NCBI GenBank assembly: GCA_977016875.1
Contig: CDRNST010000090.1
Location: 124,001-188,000, forward strand
From: Pavona decussata
Taxonomy: Eukaryota
Direction: 5' to 3'
Length of the DNA: 64,000 nt
Part shown: positions 47,879 through 59,589 of the stretch, one piece after another
Layout of the letters: each line of letters opens with the position of its first letter
Numbering within the stretch: position 1 is the stretch's first letter
Program-made: the position numbers and the translations under genes
The notes under the pieces: model-generated
What the model was told of the DNA's origin: nothing
Databases searched by the model: none
What the model saw: the letters and a program-made list of their open reading frames with translations, nothing else

Positions 47879-49310
47879 CTCACCGGCAGGAGATGATTTG
47901 GAAGTACTGTGGGTTCGGAATCCACGCCCTGGCCAAGGGACTTGAATTTTGTGACCTGTAAGCGCGATAAGGCGTCAGCTTTTAACCCAGGTATATGAAT
48001 TGCCTTAAATAAGATATTATGTTTCAAGCACTGTAACACTAGGGCACGTAACAGAACCAATAGCTTCTTATCCTTAATCGTTTTCTTCTTGATCACTTCA
48101 ACTAATCCTAGATTTTCAGTGTGAAACATAATACACTTATTGGAAAATTGCTATGCCCAAATGGGAATGCTAAGAACGATCGGAAACATTTTGCAAACTA
48201 TAATGTTGTGGCCCACCCAGCTATCAGGCCATTTACCAAAAAACCAATGTGAGCCAAAGACTGCACCGTAACCTAAAGATCCTGATGCATCAGTGAAAAG
48301 ATACAGGTGAGAAGACGAATGCCAAACATAATCCAAGAAAAAGGAGCGACCATTGTACGATGTCAAAAATTCGAGCCATAGTTGAAGATCTGCTTTAGTT
48401 TTGCGATTAATACAGATTAAGTACCAAGGGCGTGGAATACCCACGGTGAGGTTAATCGATCGACGTAAAAATGTGCGACCTAGTACTACGACAGAACAAG
48501 TGCAATTTAGCAGGTCGATTAAAGACTGTAATTCCTTCAAGGACACCTTTGTACGTCGAACGAAATCTTGTATCAAACATCTGCACTTGATTAATTTATC
48601 ACTAGAAAGGCGAACTTCCATCTTAAGAGTGTCTAGTTCAATGCCTGCGAATGACATAACACAGCTGGGACCAACTGTTGTCTCAGGCTCCATGGGGACA
48701 CCTATGTCATCACATGCCTGAAGGAAGGTCTGCAAATTTTTACCACAAGAAGAGAGCGAATGGTTTAAATTATTAGAAAATCGTCTAAAAGGTGTAATAT
48801 ACCTGGGATACCCATTTTACTGCGAGCAATCCATTCTAAAGCAGAGCTAAAACACTGAAAAATTTTGCAAGAACTGGAAAGCCCCATGGCAAGATTTTTA
48901 TCAAAGTAACAAAGTAATAGATGCGTAATCTACGCTCGACACGATTTTTGGAATATGTGAATTCACTGATTGAGCGTCCGGAAAGGACAAGTGACGAATC
49001 ATGTGGAACTTCCCCGGAACCTCTTTATGAATTAAGCCCAAAGAAAAAATGTGAAATATCGGAAAAGGTTGGGTTTCGAAGGGACCAGCTATTCTTCCTG
49101 GGTGCAACTCTTTTGCTAGTTTATCGTTAACCCCTTCAGGAAGGTCTAGAGCACACGAAAGATTTTTGCTGGAAAAATTATTCCTTGGCCCAACATAATC
49201 AATTGAAAAACCAAATCGGAAGCCATCAAGAAGGTATTGCTTAGACCTAGGCAGATATCCATCCAGATAAGCCTGCAATTTATCTGCCTTGATTGGTGTT
49301 GACATTTGAC
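47866..49310 (-). pseudogene. RT-RNase H of element 2
   Basis: TPIKADKL..GRIAGPF..LPMGLSSSC..LHLLDDF..FAGIELDT..FTDASGSLGYGA..ADALSR; several frameshifts. Confidence 0.92.
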
Positions 49311-50010
49311 GAGACAGGGCGGGACTGAGAGGCTGATTTGTTTGCTGTCGCTGAGTGATGTGCACGGGCACACTGGGGTTGGGTTGTTGTCTGGGCAATG
49401 CACATTTTCCGGCTGGATGCGGGGAACCACATTTGAAACAGTCATGTTTAAAATTGCAGCCGGAACACTTTTCCCCCGCAGTGAAATTTCCAGCAATAGC
49501 CGGACGGAAAGGGCTGAAAAGGCGCCCTAGCACCTTTGGGACCGGAGTGGATATCGGAAGAAAAAGATATTGAGTCTTTGGGAATGTGGTGCGCCTGCAA
49601 CGACAACTCCCAATGGATTTGGTCCCAAGGGAACAGGGTTTTTTGCCTCAAGAAACGAAAGTTTTTGTCGTAATAACGCCAGTGGGCGTTTTTCTCCACT
49701 AAATCCTGCACTGTCTTGCTATATTTCATCATAGCCGGGGCCTCGTTCGAAAATCTGACAGTATAGACAGCTACAAAGGTCTGAAACGCTATGATCCATT
49801 GATCAATGGTTGTTATACGCTTTGTTTTCTAAGTTGGTTTGAGACTAATGACCGGCCGACTCGCTGATTGCGAAGATTGCACCACCAAATTGTACCTAGA
49901 ATCGCTTGGCAGAGTAGTATTCAATAGTGTACCTAGATCAATGTACTCGTGAGCCCAAATCGTGGACTAAATTTTGTCAGGAATTCTGGACATGAGCGGC
50001 ACTTAAATTT
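49300..50010 (-). pseudogene. gag: Gag of element 2 (5'-truncated)
   Basis: IWAHEYIDLGTLL..WRYYDKNFRFLRQ..PWDQIHWEL..YCWKFH..CNFKHDCFKCGSPHPAGKC. Confidence 0.85.
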
Positions 50011-51073
50011 GTTGATGAATATGGGCCGGGCGGTCACCAGTCTCGTTTCGTTGATTAATAGGTCCTATGTTTGGTACACTAGGACTATCATTACTAATAC
50101 TAATGTTAGACATCACACTCTCACCGGCTATGTCCTGATTATACAATGAACTATGTAAAACTTGCGTTTTGATTGGTCTAGAGGAGTGTGTGATTAGAGT
50201 ATAGACGCATGATTGACATCATCGAGTGGTGTGACCGGTGCACATGATCAGAGTCTAGAGTGCAGCCAGTGCGACTGGTCAACAAAGCTTTGCAAACTGT
50301 TTTTGCGAGTAGCGGACAAAAACAGGCAAATTTTCGCAGGAAAGGAAAACTGCCCAATAAAAAATTGGACAAAGACCGTTGAGGGTGACCTCAACCAGGA
50401 TAGGAAAGCTAGAACTTTGATGTGACGTGAAAACGAACCAAATATTTGTCGAAATATGTCGACAATAAAAATCCGGTAATGGCGAGTAATCGATTACAAA
50501 TCGCAGTGAAGGGACTAACATGCTGTTAACATGGTTAGTTTTGGAAAAATTGTGAGTGAAATTCTTTTGGCTTATACTCTAATTTAGAAGATCACAATTG
50601 CATGTGTGTAGTGGTCTAAAACTGAGTTTGCTGGAAAGTTTATGACTCACCTCAGGCAACGCGATACTAAAGGCACAAAGTAAGGCTCATTTGGATATGA
50701 ACTTCTCTTATTTTAGGAATTTCTTTAGTTGAATATTCGGCACACAAGTCTCTACTTTACTATGAAATTCATCGTTAATAGTTAAGTAATTATACAGGAA
50801 AGAAAGTAAAATGCTAGTTGGGTGTGAAATACTTAATCAGCTGTGACTGGTAAAATAGAGGTGTTTGACTGTTTGTAGGTGAATAACTTAATAATTAAAA
50901 TAAATTTTATTTTTAAATCTGAATGTACCTGTGAATAAAAAAATACATACCTGTCGAAGATTGGCCAGTTCCATTGCTTGCTTTTAATGTGCTTTTTTAA
51001 GAGCACTAGGAGGAGACTTTCAACATTAGAAAAAATTTACCATGAATGTATGCAGGGTTAGATCTATCTAATA

Positions 51074-51876
51074 CAGTAAACACCCGCATATAAGAACAAA
51101 TGGATTAAGAACACCAGGCTGACATTTGGCCAATAAAGCCCCATTTTTATAAGAACAAGATCGGCTTGAAAAATGCAGCATGTTCTTATAAAATGGAAAA
51201 GATGTCATAATTACATAAAAAAACAAGTGATTTTATGTTGGCAGTCATGACTCTATCAGCTTTCAAGTTGTCGTATTTTTGTATTGAGTACTGTACTGAT
51301 GTTTCTACTGTAATTGATTTTTCTACTGTAAATATATAAAAAAAATGGAGTACAGTATAGAATTTCATCACTGCATCAAGTCTTATTTTATTGACTGAAT
51401 GGACTGGAGAAGCCTAGAGTGAGCTCACACAAAATGGAGATTTGTTCAAGAGGCTTTTTGAGAAGACTGGCTGTCTCATGACAGTTGACGGATCCAGTGA
51501 TAAAAGAATCTCTCCTCAGGGTCTGAATTTCCTTCACTGAAGAAGTTTTGCGGTGCTTTCACATTTCCTTTTTTATGTTCTTGCTTAATTACTTTAGTGT
51601 ATTTATTCATCATTACCTATAATGAAGGACAACCAGTCATCTCATCTATAGGCTCAATGATACAGTACAGATCATTAAAATCAAAGAATGTTTATTAAGT
51701 TATGCTAATTTTACATCTGAGGGCATTTTTGGGTGGAACCCGTATTACTGATATATAGAAATATAAGAACATTTTAAGAACGCTTTGAGTCTGATTTGTC
51801 ACTAAGCAACCGTTAAATAAGAACCTGATCAGCCTGACCTGCGAAATCATGTGTTCTTACATGCAGGTGTGTACTG
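51074..51876 (+). mobile_element. Internally deleted pogo/Tigger-type element
   Basis: TA TSD at 51072-73 and 51877-78; imperfect TIR CAGTA(A/C)ACACC(C/T)GCAT(A/G)TAAGAACA; remnant LLTEWTGEA*..LFEKTGCLMTVDGSSD..PQGL at ~51380-51525. Confidence 0.85.
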
Positions 51877-52244
51877 TATTGGTTAGAATTAATGTTTAGT
51901 TTATATTTGAAAGGCTGAGTGTGGATGCAAAGACCAATTATTACTGCAGGATGTCTCTAAGTAGTTTGATTACCGTTCTGCTGTAGAATAGGGTATCAAG
52001 CCAGACAATAAAAACTCCTGCAAGCATTTAGCTATAGCCTTCCGTCAATCATGTACTTCTTATATGGTGGTAAAGGAATGCCGCTGATCTTGTTTTCAGA
52101 AATATATGTAATATGCTTACAATACTAAACACTAGTTAAAGTACTAACAATATGCACAATTTGTCTTTATTCTATTTGGTTGTGCGAACTACTGACTCAC
52201 TCGTTTCATTGAGCATGAGATCTGATCTTGACAATAATTGTTAA

Positions 52245-52625
52245 TTATTTCCTACTAGTGACATCTTTGATTGGCAACACAAATTCAGCTGGTTGTGCAT
52301 AAATGCCATATTTCCTCGAACAATAGCCGGGGCAATTTTTCCACACCAAGAGAGGGCAATTATTTGAGCGTCCAACTGGGACAAACTTTCCCGTTGTCAT
52401 AGCAATTCGTTCTGATACTTCTTTGGAAATAGCCCGATCTGCTTTTCTATTTATTCCATGTTTGGATAGGATTTGGGGTACGAAGTAGATAGTAGAGTTA
52501 CACCGCCAACCAATCCTGAGTTCACGCCTGTGATATGGGCAAATGGTGTCCACTTTCCGTGCTGAAGTCTCTTTTTTGCTGAAAACACCCACTCTATCAA
52601 GTATCAGTTCCCTCTCCGTGTTTAC
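52245..52625 (-). pseudogene. N-terminal fragment of a large DNA transposase (Sola3-like, tentative)
   Basis: ICPYHRRELRIGWR..VPQILSKH..KADRAISKEVS..TGKFVPVG. Confidence 0.45.
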
Positions 52626-53129
52626 TATTCTTTGAGCAATTGCGTAAACTAATTATTTCAAGACTCCTGCTTTTATCTAAACTATCATACGAGCAGGCTG
52701 TTTCAGTTATACTCTGAAAAAAAGAAATGAAAACTGCGAAAAGGCCATTGCAGTGCTTGACAATACAAGAAAACTAGCTAGCTTTACAAAGTGTGTCACT
52801 CTGAGTAAGAAAGTTCCGTGGGAAATTTCCATAACTTTTTGTGGAACTCGTTTATAACTGGCTATCAGTGTAGCAACACGCTCAAATAGTTAATTTCAAG
52901 AGCAAGAAAAATAATTATTTACAAGTCTGGCTGGTCATCACAAAAAGGTTGGCGAAAGAGTCAGCGAGAGTTGAGAAAAGTTCTGTTTGCTGTCAACAGT
53001 TGGCCAACATGTTTGCAAACCGTTGGAGTGCCATTCACACACACCAACTTGAGTCCCTAACACAGGTTGGCCAACATTAGTTTGTTATTTGAAGGCCGCT
53101 AAACAGTAGCTTCTACAAGAAAAAAATTA

Positions 53130-54550
53130 CCTGTTGACATCAATAGTAGAAAAATCTCGACAATACCAGTGCCATGGCATCCAGTCCTCTAGAACCCAGT
53201 CTAGCATAGGTTAGTTGTGCTTTTTCCTTGTCTGCTCATCTGTAAAACCAAAGTGCAGCATGCATAAGGATTTTATAGATCAAACTCTCGGAGCACACTC
53301 TGATTTTATGTATAGTACAACCTTAAAACTGCATGATAATTCAACCAAATATTCAGATCAGAGAAACACCGCCTTGCCTCCCTCAAACACACAACCAGTA
53401 CCACACACATAAAGAAGCATAGTTTGTTATGTAACCACCAGCAAGCCATGACATGTTTGATAACTGTAGGATCGTTTGAAGGTGTGGTTCCACTTTACAA
53501 TTTTGGAATTACCTAGACCTCTTCCATCATTAGCTTTATGCCAATTGAGAACTGTCTCAACAAATCTGGCCTCATTCTCGTGCTTGTTTTCCTGCATGTT
53601 CTGTAAGACTCCTTGTTTGCATTTCCCAGTCAGGGCTTCATACGTCAGGCCTGTGTTTTCGGCATGGAGCACATCTCTGAAATACTGGAGGCAGCCTTCT
53701 CTTGTGCATGTTGTGATCCGTTTGAGAAGGTGATTGTGGTCTTCACGAGAATTCTCTGGTGGTGGAATTCTTCTCTGGGATGTAAAGATGTTCTACGAAG
53801 TGAACCCCCATTGCAGTGAAATTGTTCACTTTCTGGCGGAACAGGTACGTTGCCATCAGTGACTTCAAACAGTCGGACTTGCTTTCTGGCAAACCTTATC
53901 AAGAAAATAAAAAAAATAAAAACGAAAACTTGGTTGTACATCATGAAAACAAAAATATATTAACTAATTATATAGGCTCTCTGAGAAAGAATAGCTGTCT
54001 CGTTTGTGCAATAATATGGGGGAGCGTATGTTGGGAATAGATCTGCAAAAACATTCGGAGGTGCAGCATTCCAGAAATTGAATTGTTCCCATAGCTTATG
54101 CCGTTGGTTTTTAACATGTTGGTTTTATTGCCTAAGAATTAAACAAGTTTGGTCATCCTGTTCTGAATGAAGGGCGCCTTCAGCAGGCTTGTGTTTGTGA
54201 TTTAATATTTAGGGCATGGACCAAAATAGGATCTGCTTATGACTTTGCCTCTAACTTTTCGAGGTGAATGGTCATCTCAGGTTTTCAAAGGATGGTTACT
54301 TGACACTAGGTACAGTTATTTAATGTACCATAACCCTATTATAGTGAATTGAAACAAATCAATTATCAATTATGAAATAAAAGACACCTTTCTTCCATGG
54401 ACAAGGATAATGGCTCATGGAAAAGTGGGTCCTCCTTAAAAGGAGAATGGCATTCTTAAACGACTTCCCTTCATCCATGAATGATTTCAGCATAACAACA
54501 TCATCTTTAGGAACAGCAGGATGATGAACTTTAGGTTCAATAGGGCCACC
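53130..54550 (-). pseudogene. P-element-like transposase exon remnants
   Basis: TGLTYEALTGK..NEARFVETVLNWHKANDGRGL; intron-like boundaries. Confidence 0.45.
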
Positions 54551-56109
54551 TTAAAAATAAATAACTAAAAAGTAAGTTTGAGTAGGATGATTTTCGCCTG
54601 CCGTAAGTCAATCCCGAGTATTATCAATGAATCTATAGTGAATAATCCAAGGATGGTCCACGGTTCCAACTCCTCTTTATTACAGTTAATACGAATTACG
54701 ATTACGGTTGCTAAAAGCAAACCAAAATACAAATTACTAAGGAATACAAATGACAGCTATGAAATGATGAAAATACAGGAAACGGAAAGAAACTAAGCGA
54801 AAATACTTACAAACGCTGTGTGACTAGAAAGTTGAACAGAAAAAATGTACGATGGTTAACAAGGCTGGACGAAAGAAAATGATGTTGCTGTGAACGCTGA
54901 AGCGAAATGAATTAGAATAAACAATGAAACTTACAAAATGGTCTAAGAACAAAGAAAATTATGCAGAGAAATCTAACAGAATGAATAGCGATAACTGGAA
55001 AGAATGTGAAAGGAATGTGCAACTATACAAAGAACTAAACGCTTAACATATTGACGTGGAATGCGGCCGTAACAGAATCCTCCTCGTTACACTATTTGGC
55101 AAACAGCTACAGTAGGAATTTGACTTTAAAAAACCCAAACAAATTGTCAAATTTGTAAACTTGTTTAGTTCGTAAATAGTTTACAGGGACTCACAAGGTA
55201 TAACCTTACTTAAGTAATAGTCTGGCTAACAAGCAGACAGAAAAACAATAGCCCATGGCAATAGCGTCAGTTATTCGTATGGTGATAATTTCTTTAATTA
55301 AGTTAATTTAACCTCTCCCATTGGCTGAAACAGCCAAGAGCATGATATTTGCATTTCAAAGGGAAAGTTATTCGATTTGCCGTGTAAACAAAGGACTTTT
55401 TTTCCTCAAGTGAAATCATAGGTTATTTCAAAAGCTTTAAATGTAAATGTAAAATATACCTATAGTGAGGGGACAGTTCCAATGTAAAATCATCATTTTA
55501 TCGATCCAATCTGCAAGTGCCTCTCCACTTCCACTTGGTGCACTTGCAATTAAAGCCCCTCTGTCTTTGTGCAAATGAGAAGCTAAAAAGTATAAATTTC
55601 CACTACTTTCACATATGAGGAACATAGTCCTTCCAGAAGAGAAAAACAAGTGGTATGTTCTTTGACCTCTCTGTGACAATGCATTAAGCCACTCTGCGAG
55701 TATCCGCTTTGGAGAACCAGATAAATCCTTTTGCTGTACCGAGCAAGCAACACCACAGTCTTCTGCCATATCCCGTCTTCATCTACATCCCCATTCACAC
55801 CTTTATGGTCACATAACTCATCGTGCAAGTCATTCCTAGATGTCATTGCCCACTCAAAAACTTCTTTCCATATGTCAGGCAACACCAGCCCTTGCTTTGG
55901 GGCAAGGAGACCTTTTGAAGCTACCTGCCCAAAATATAAGCAGATAAACGTACAGGCATTGCTTCCATTCATACCTCCAATTGTTGATTGGCTAAAATCT
56001 TCAGCTAAATACCACTCGATCACCATCTTGTTTAAGTTTGAGACCAAACCAGGAACATTGGCTGATGAGATAAGAGGTGGAACGGTGGATGGTGCACTGC
56101 ATGTAATTA

Positions 56110-57575
56110 TACACTAGCTGATGATGTAGGTGGTACATTGGCTGATGATGTAGGAGGTGGTACACTGGCTGATGGTGTAGGAGGTGGTATGCTGGCTGAT
56201 GGTGAAGGAGGTGGTACATTGGCTGATGCTGAGGAGGTGGTACACTGGCTGATGGTGTAGGAGGTGGTATGCTGGCTGATGATGTAGGAGGTGGTACACT
56301 GGCTGATGGTGTAGGAGGTGGTACACTGGCTGATGATGTAGGAGGTGGTACACTGGCTGATGGTGTAGGAGGTGGTATGCTGGCTGATGGTGAAGGAGGT
56401 GGTATGCTGGCTGGTGATGTAGGAGGTGGTACACTGGCTGATGATGTAGGAGGTGGTACACTGGCTGATGGTGGAGGAGGTGGTACATTGGCTGTTCATG
56501 TAGGAGGTGGTACACTGGCTGATGGTGTAGGAGGTGGTATGCTGGCTGATGGTGAAGGAGGTGGTACATTGGCTGATGCTGAGGAGGTGGTACACTGGCT
56601 GATGGTGTAGGAGGTGGTACACTGGCTGATGATGTAGGAGGTGGTACACTGGCTGATGGTGTAGGAGGTGGTATGCTGGCTGATGGTGAAGGAGGTGGTA
56701 TGCTGGCTGGTGATGTAGGAGGTGGTACACTGGCTGATGATGTAGGAGGTGGTACACTGGCTGATGGTGGAGGAGGTGGTACATTGGCTGTTCATGTAGG
56801 AGGTGGTACACTGGCTGATGGTGTAGGAGGTGGTATGCTGGCTGATGGTGAAGGAGGTGGTATGCTGGCTGGTGATGTAGGAGGTGGTACACTGGCTGAT
56901 GATGTAGGAGGTGGTACACTGGCTGATGGTGGAGGAGGTGGTACATTGGCTGTTCATGTAGGAGGTGGTACACTGGCTGATGGTGTAGGAGGTGGTATGC
57001 TGGCTGATGATGTAGGAGGTGGTACACTGGCTGATGGTGTAGGAGGTGGTACACTGGCTGATGATGTAGGAGGTGGTATCCTGGCTGATGATGTAGGAGG
57101 TGGTAAACTGGCTGATGGTGTAGGAGGTGGTACACTGGCTGATGATGTAGGAGGTGGTATCCTGGCTGATGATGTAGGAGGTGGTAAACTGGCTGATGGT
57201 GTAGGAGGTGGTACACTGGCTGATGATGTAGGAGGTGGTACATTGGCTGATGATGTAGGAGGTGGTATGCTGGCTGATGATGTAGGAGGTGGTACACTGG
57301 CTGATGGTGAAGGAGGTGGTACATTGGGTGATGGTGTAGGAGGTGGTATGCTGGCTGATGATGTAGGAGGTGGTACACTGGCTGATGGTGTAGGAGGTGG
57401 TACACTGGCTGATGGTGTAGGAGGTGGTACACTGGCTGATGATGTAGGAGGTGGTACACTGACTGATGGTGTAGGAGGTGGTACAATGGCTGGTGGTGTA
57501 GGAGATGGTACACTTGCTGATGATATACGAGGGGGTGCAGAAACCGATGACTTGGGAGGTGGTACACTGGCTAAT
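56110..57575. repeat. 27-bp minisatellite, about 54 units, with higher-order structure
   Basis: Unit GGTACACTGGCTGATG(A/G)TGTAGGAGGT; variant units recur at 162- and 350-bp spacing. Confidence 0.97.
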
Positions 57576-58059
57576 GGTATTACATGTATGGCTGGTGGTA
57601 CTCTGGGTGTTGCTGGTGACACAGTATGTGAAACACTTGTTGGTCCTGCAGTTGTGGTTACTCTTGCTTGTGCAGATGTTTGTTTGTTCGTACGGCTGTA
57701 GCTGCTCCATAATGACTTGGCCTGGGTGGCTGACAGAACCTCCAAACCTGCTTCTTCCATTGCTTTTATGACATCTTTTGGGTCGGCACGAATGTGGTTA
57801 ATGGCTTGTCTATTGTAAAATTCAAATTCTGTGCTTGGCTGAATGTTGTCCTTTTTCCAACACCATGCTTCAATGCATGCTCCATTTCCAGGCGTTGAGA
57901 GGAATACTGGTCTATCTCCAATGGATGTAGATTTCCAGTGGGTAGTTGTTCAGGTACGTGTTGTATAAATCGCATGGCATAGGCTTCACCACTCGAGCCT
58001 GAGAAAGGACACAATCGTTGTGTAATAGATGTAATGAAACATTATTAGTGTCTGTAGTG

Positions 58060-58212
58060 TATATGTTGTAGGTTAAAATGATTTCCACTTTGGTTGATTT
58101 GTATTTTCCTTTGTTTAAGGTTAGGGTAATTTACATTTGGAACAAAGGAAAATAATTTCAACCTAGGTTGAAATTATTTTAACCTGGGATTCATTTTAAC
58201 CTACAACATATA
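58060..58212. mobile_element. Small MITE in an intron
   Basis: Inverted ends TATATGTTGTAGGTTAAAATGA / TCATTTTAACCTACAACATATA. Confidence 0.8.
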
Positions 58213-58768
58213 CTGTACATATAATCATAAGAATGTTTCCTTTGTTTTACATGTCACTGAATTTTATAATTATTATTTCCTTACAATAATTTATATTAAT
58301 AGTTATTAAACATAGGCAGGTTTAGGTATCCTGTCAATAAATTCATAGTGAAACAACTTGTTTTCTAACAAGAGATGTCATTAAACTACTTAACAATACA
58401 GCCATTCTTCAGGTGCCTCGTTATTATTACCGTGTAAACTGACAATATTATAAATTAAATTTCAAGTCACTTACTGCAGGGACGTTTTCAAACATCCCCT
58501 CTGTTAACTAAGGTTCAAACAATTACGTTTATCAAATCTGCGACGTGCTCCCCACTTCCCAAATCATTTCCCAACTGACCCAGTGTCAATCTTATGGCTG
58601 ATGTGGGCAAAATGCGAATCCAGCCTGGACTTGCCCTCTCCTGCCTCGAAGTTATTGTACTCTTTCAACATAAAATTGAAAACACTGTTGACCTCAGCCA
58701 GGTAGAAAAGAACCCCACTGTTGTGATAGTGGGGTCCATTGTCTAAAAAAATGAACAAGGTATATATC

Positions 58769-59010
58769 TTTATGTTTTCTCCCTCCGGGCTTCTCCTATA
58801 AACTTATCTAGTGAGTCCTGTATAGACTGAGCTCGTTTACTGGGCACAATAATTTTACTCTCACACAAAACATTTGGAGTAAAATGGCTGAGGGAAAGCC
58901 CCACAGCCGCTTTTATTAAAATAACCAATTCATACTTCATGTAAAATTACAATCTGTTAAAAATATTTTGGCCCAGTAAAGCCCGTGACGAGCTTTGAAA
59001 GGCTTAAAAC
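58769..59010 (-). mobile_element. Ngaro-like 3' terminal remnant
   Basis: TTTATGTTTTCTCC arm, GTTTACTGGGC/GCCCAGTAAA stem, and an ATGGCTG..CAGCC hairpin as at 33250-33510. Confidence 0.6.
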
Positions 59011-59589
59011 CTATTATGCAAATTAGCTGAGGGCAAATTGAATGTTCCCTCAGCTAATTTGAATAGGTAACTCTATGCCATGGTTTGACACCTTGTAGCT
59101 TCATAAAGATCGGATGAGGTGTTTTTCTAATTAGTCGTGTGCTGTACTGATGATAGTGCTAAGTGATGGTTACAATAAATTGCGGATAAAAATAATTTGG
59201 CCTCGGTATTTTTCCGCGCGAACATAACACGCAGAAATTAGAGCGCGTGCAACATTGCAACCTACGCTTACTCTGATTTTACAGGCTAAACTGGAAATTA
59301 AATAATTATGGCGTTGTGACAATGTCCAAAACAATTTATTAAAATTATTTTATTTACCAAGTAAAGATGACACGATACATTGTGCATTTGTTGTGCGCGG
59401 TAGCTATCGCTTTTGATTGCTACAGTAACCTAGACTATAAAAAGGAATCTGGAAAAAATACGCTGGCAAGACTTTCCTTTCTCCTGGAAGCATAAAAAAA
59501 AGCGATTTTGAAAACAAAATGAAACGAAACGAAATGTTAGTGCCTCATTGCTATACATTGTAGAAAAGTTCGCATTTCTCTAATCGTCT

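Larger units (their letters stand above)
46569..50030 (-). mobile_element. Ngaro-like YR retrotransposon, element 2 (5'-truncated, more decayed)
   Basis: gag, RT/RNH and YR are homologous to, but clearly diverged from, element 1. Confidence 0.9.
55437..58758 (-). pseudogene. Sola-like transposase + homeodomain-like segment + Pro/Ser/Thr linker + papain-fold cysteine protease
   Basis: FLDNGPHYHN..FEAGEGKSRLDSHFAHISHKI; GVGKRTTFSQAQ..LSATQAKSLWSSY; (SASVPPPTS)n; QSTIGGMNGSNACTFIC..YFLASHLHKDRGALIA. All collinear on the minus strand. Confidence 0.55.

Noticed and set aside
54579-55091. Solo LTR (TG..CA ends)
   Set aside because: No TSD, PBS or second copy visible.
56107-57710. His-rich (486 aa), Cys/Thr-rich (404 aa) and Gly-rich (342 aa) ORFs as novel proteins
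   Set aside because: They are alternative frames of a 27-bp minisatellite. Only the Pro/Ser/Thr frame connects to flanking non-repetitive coding remnants.
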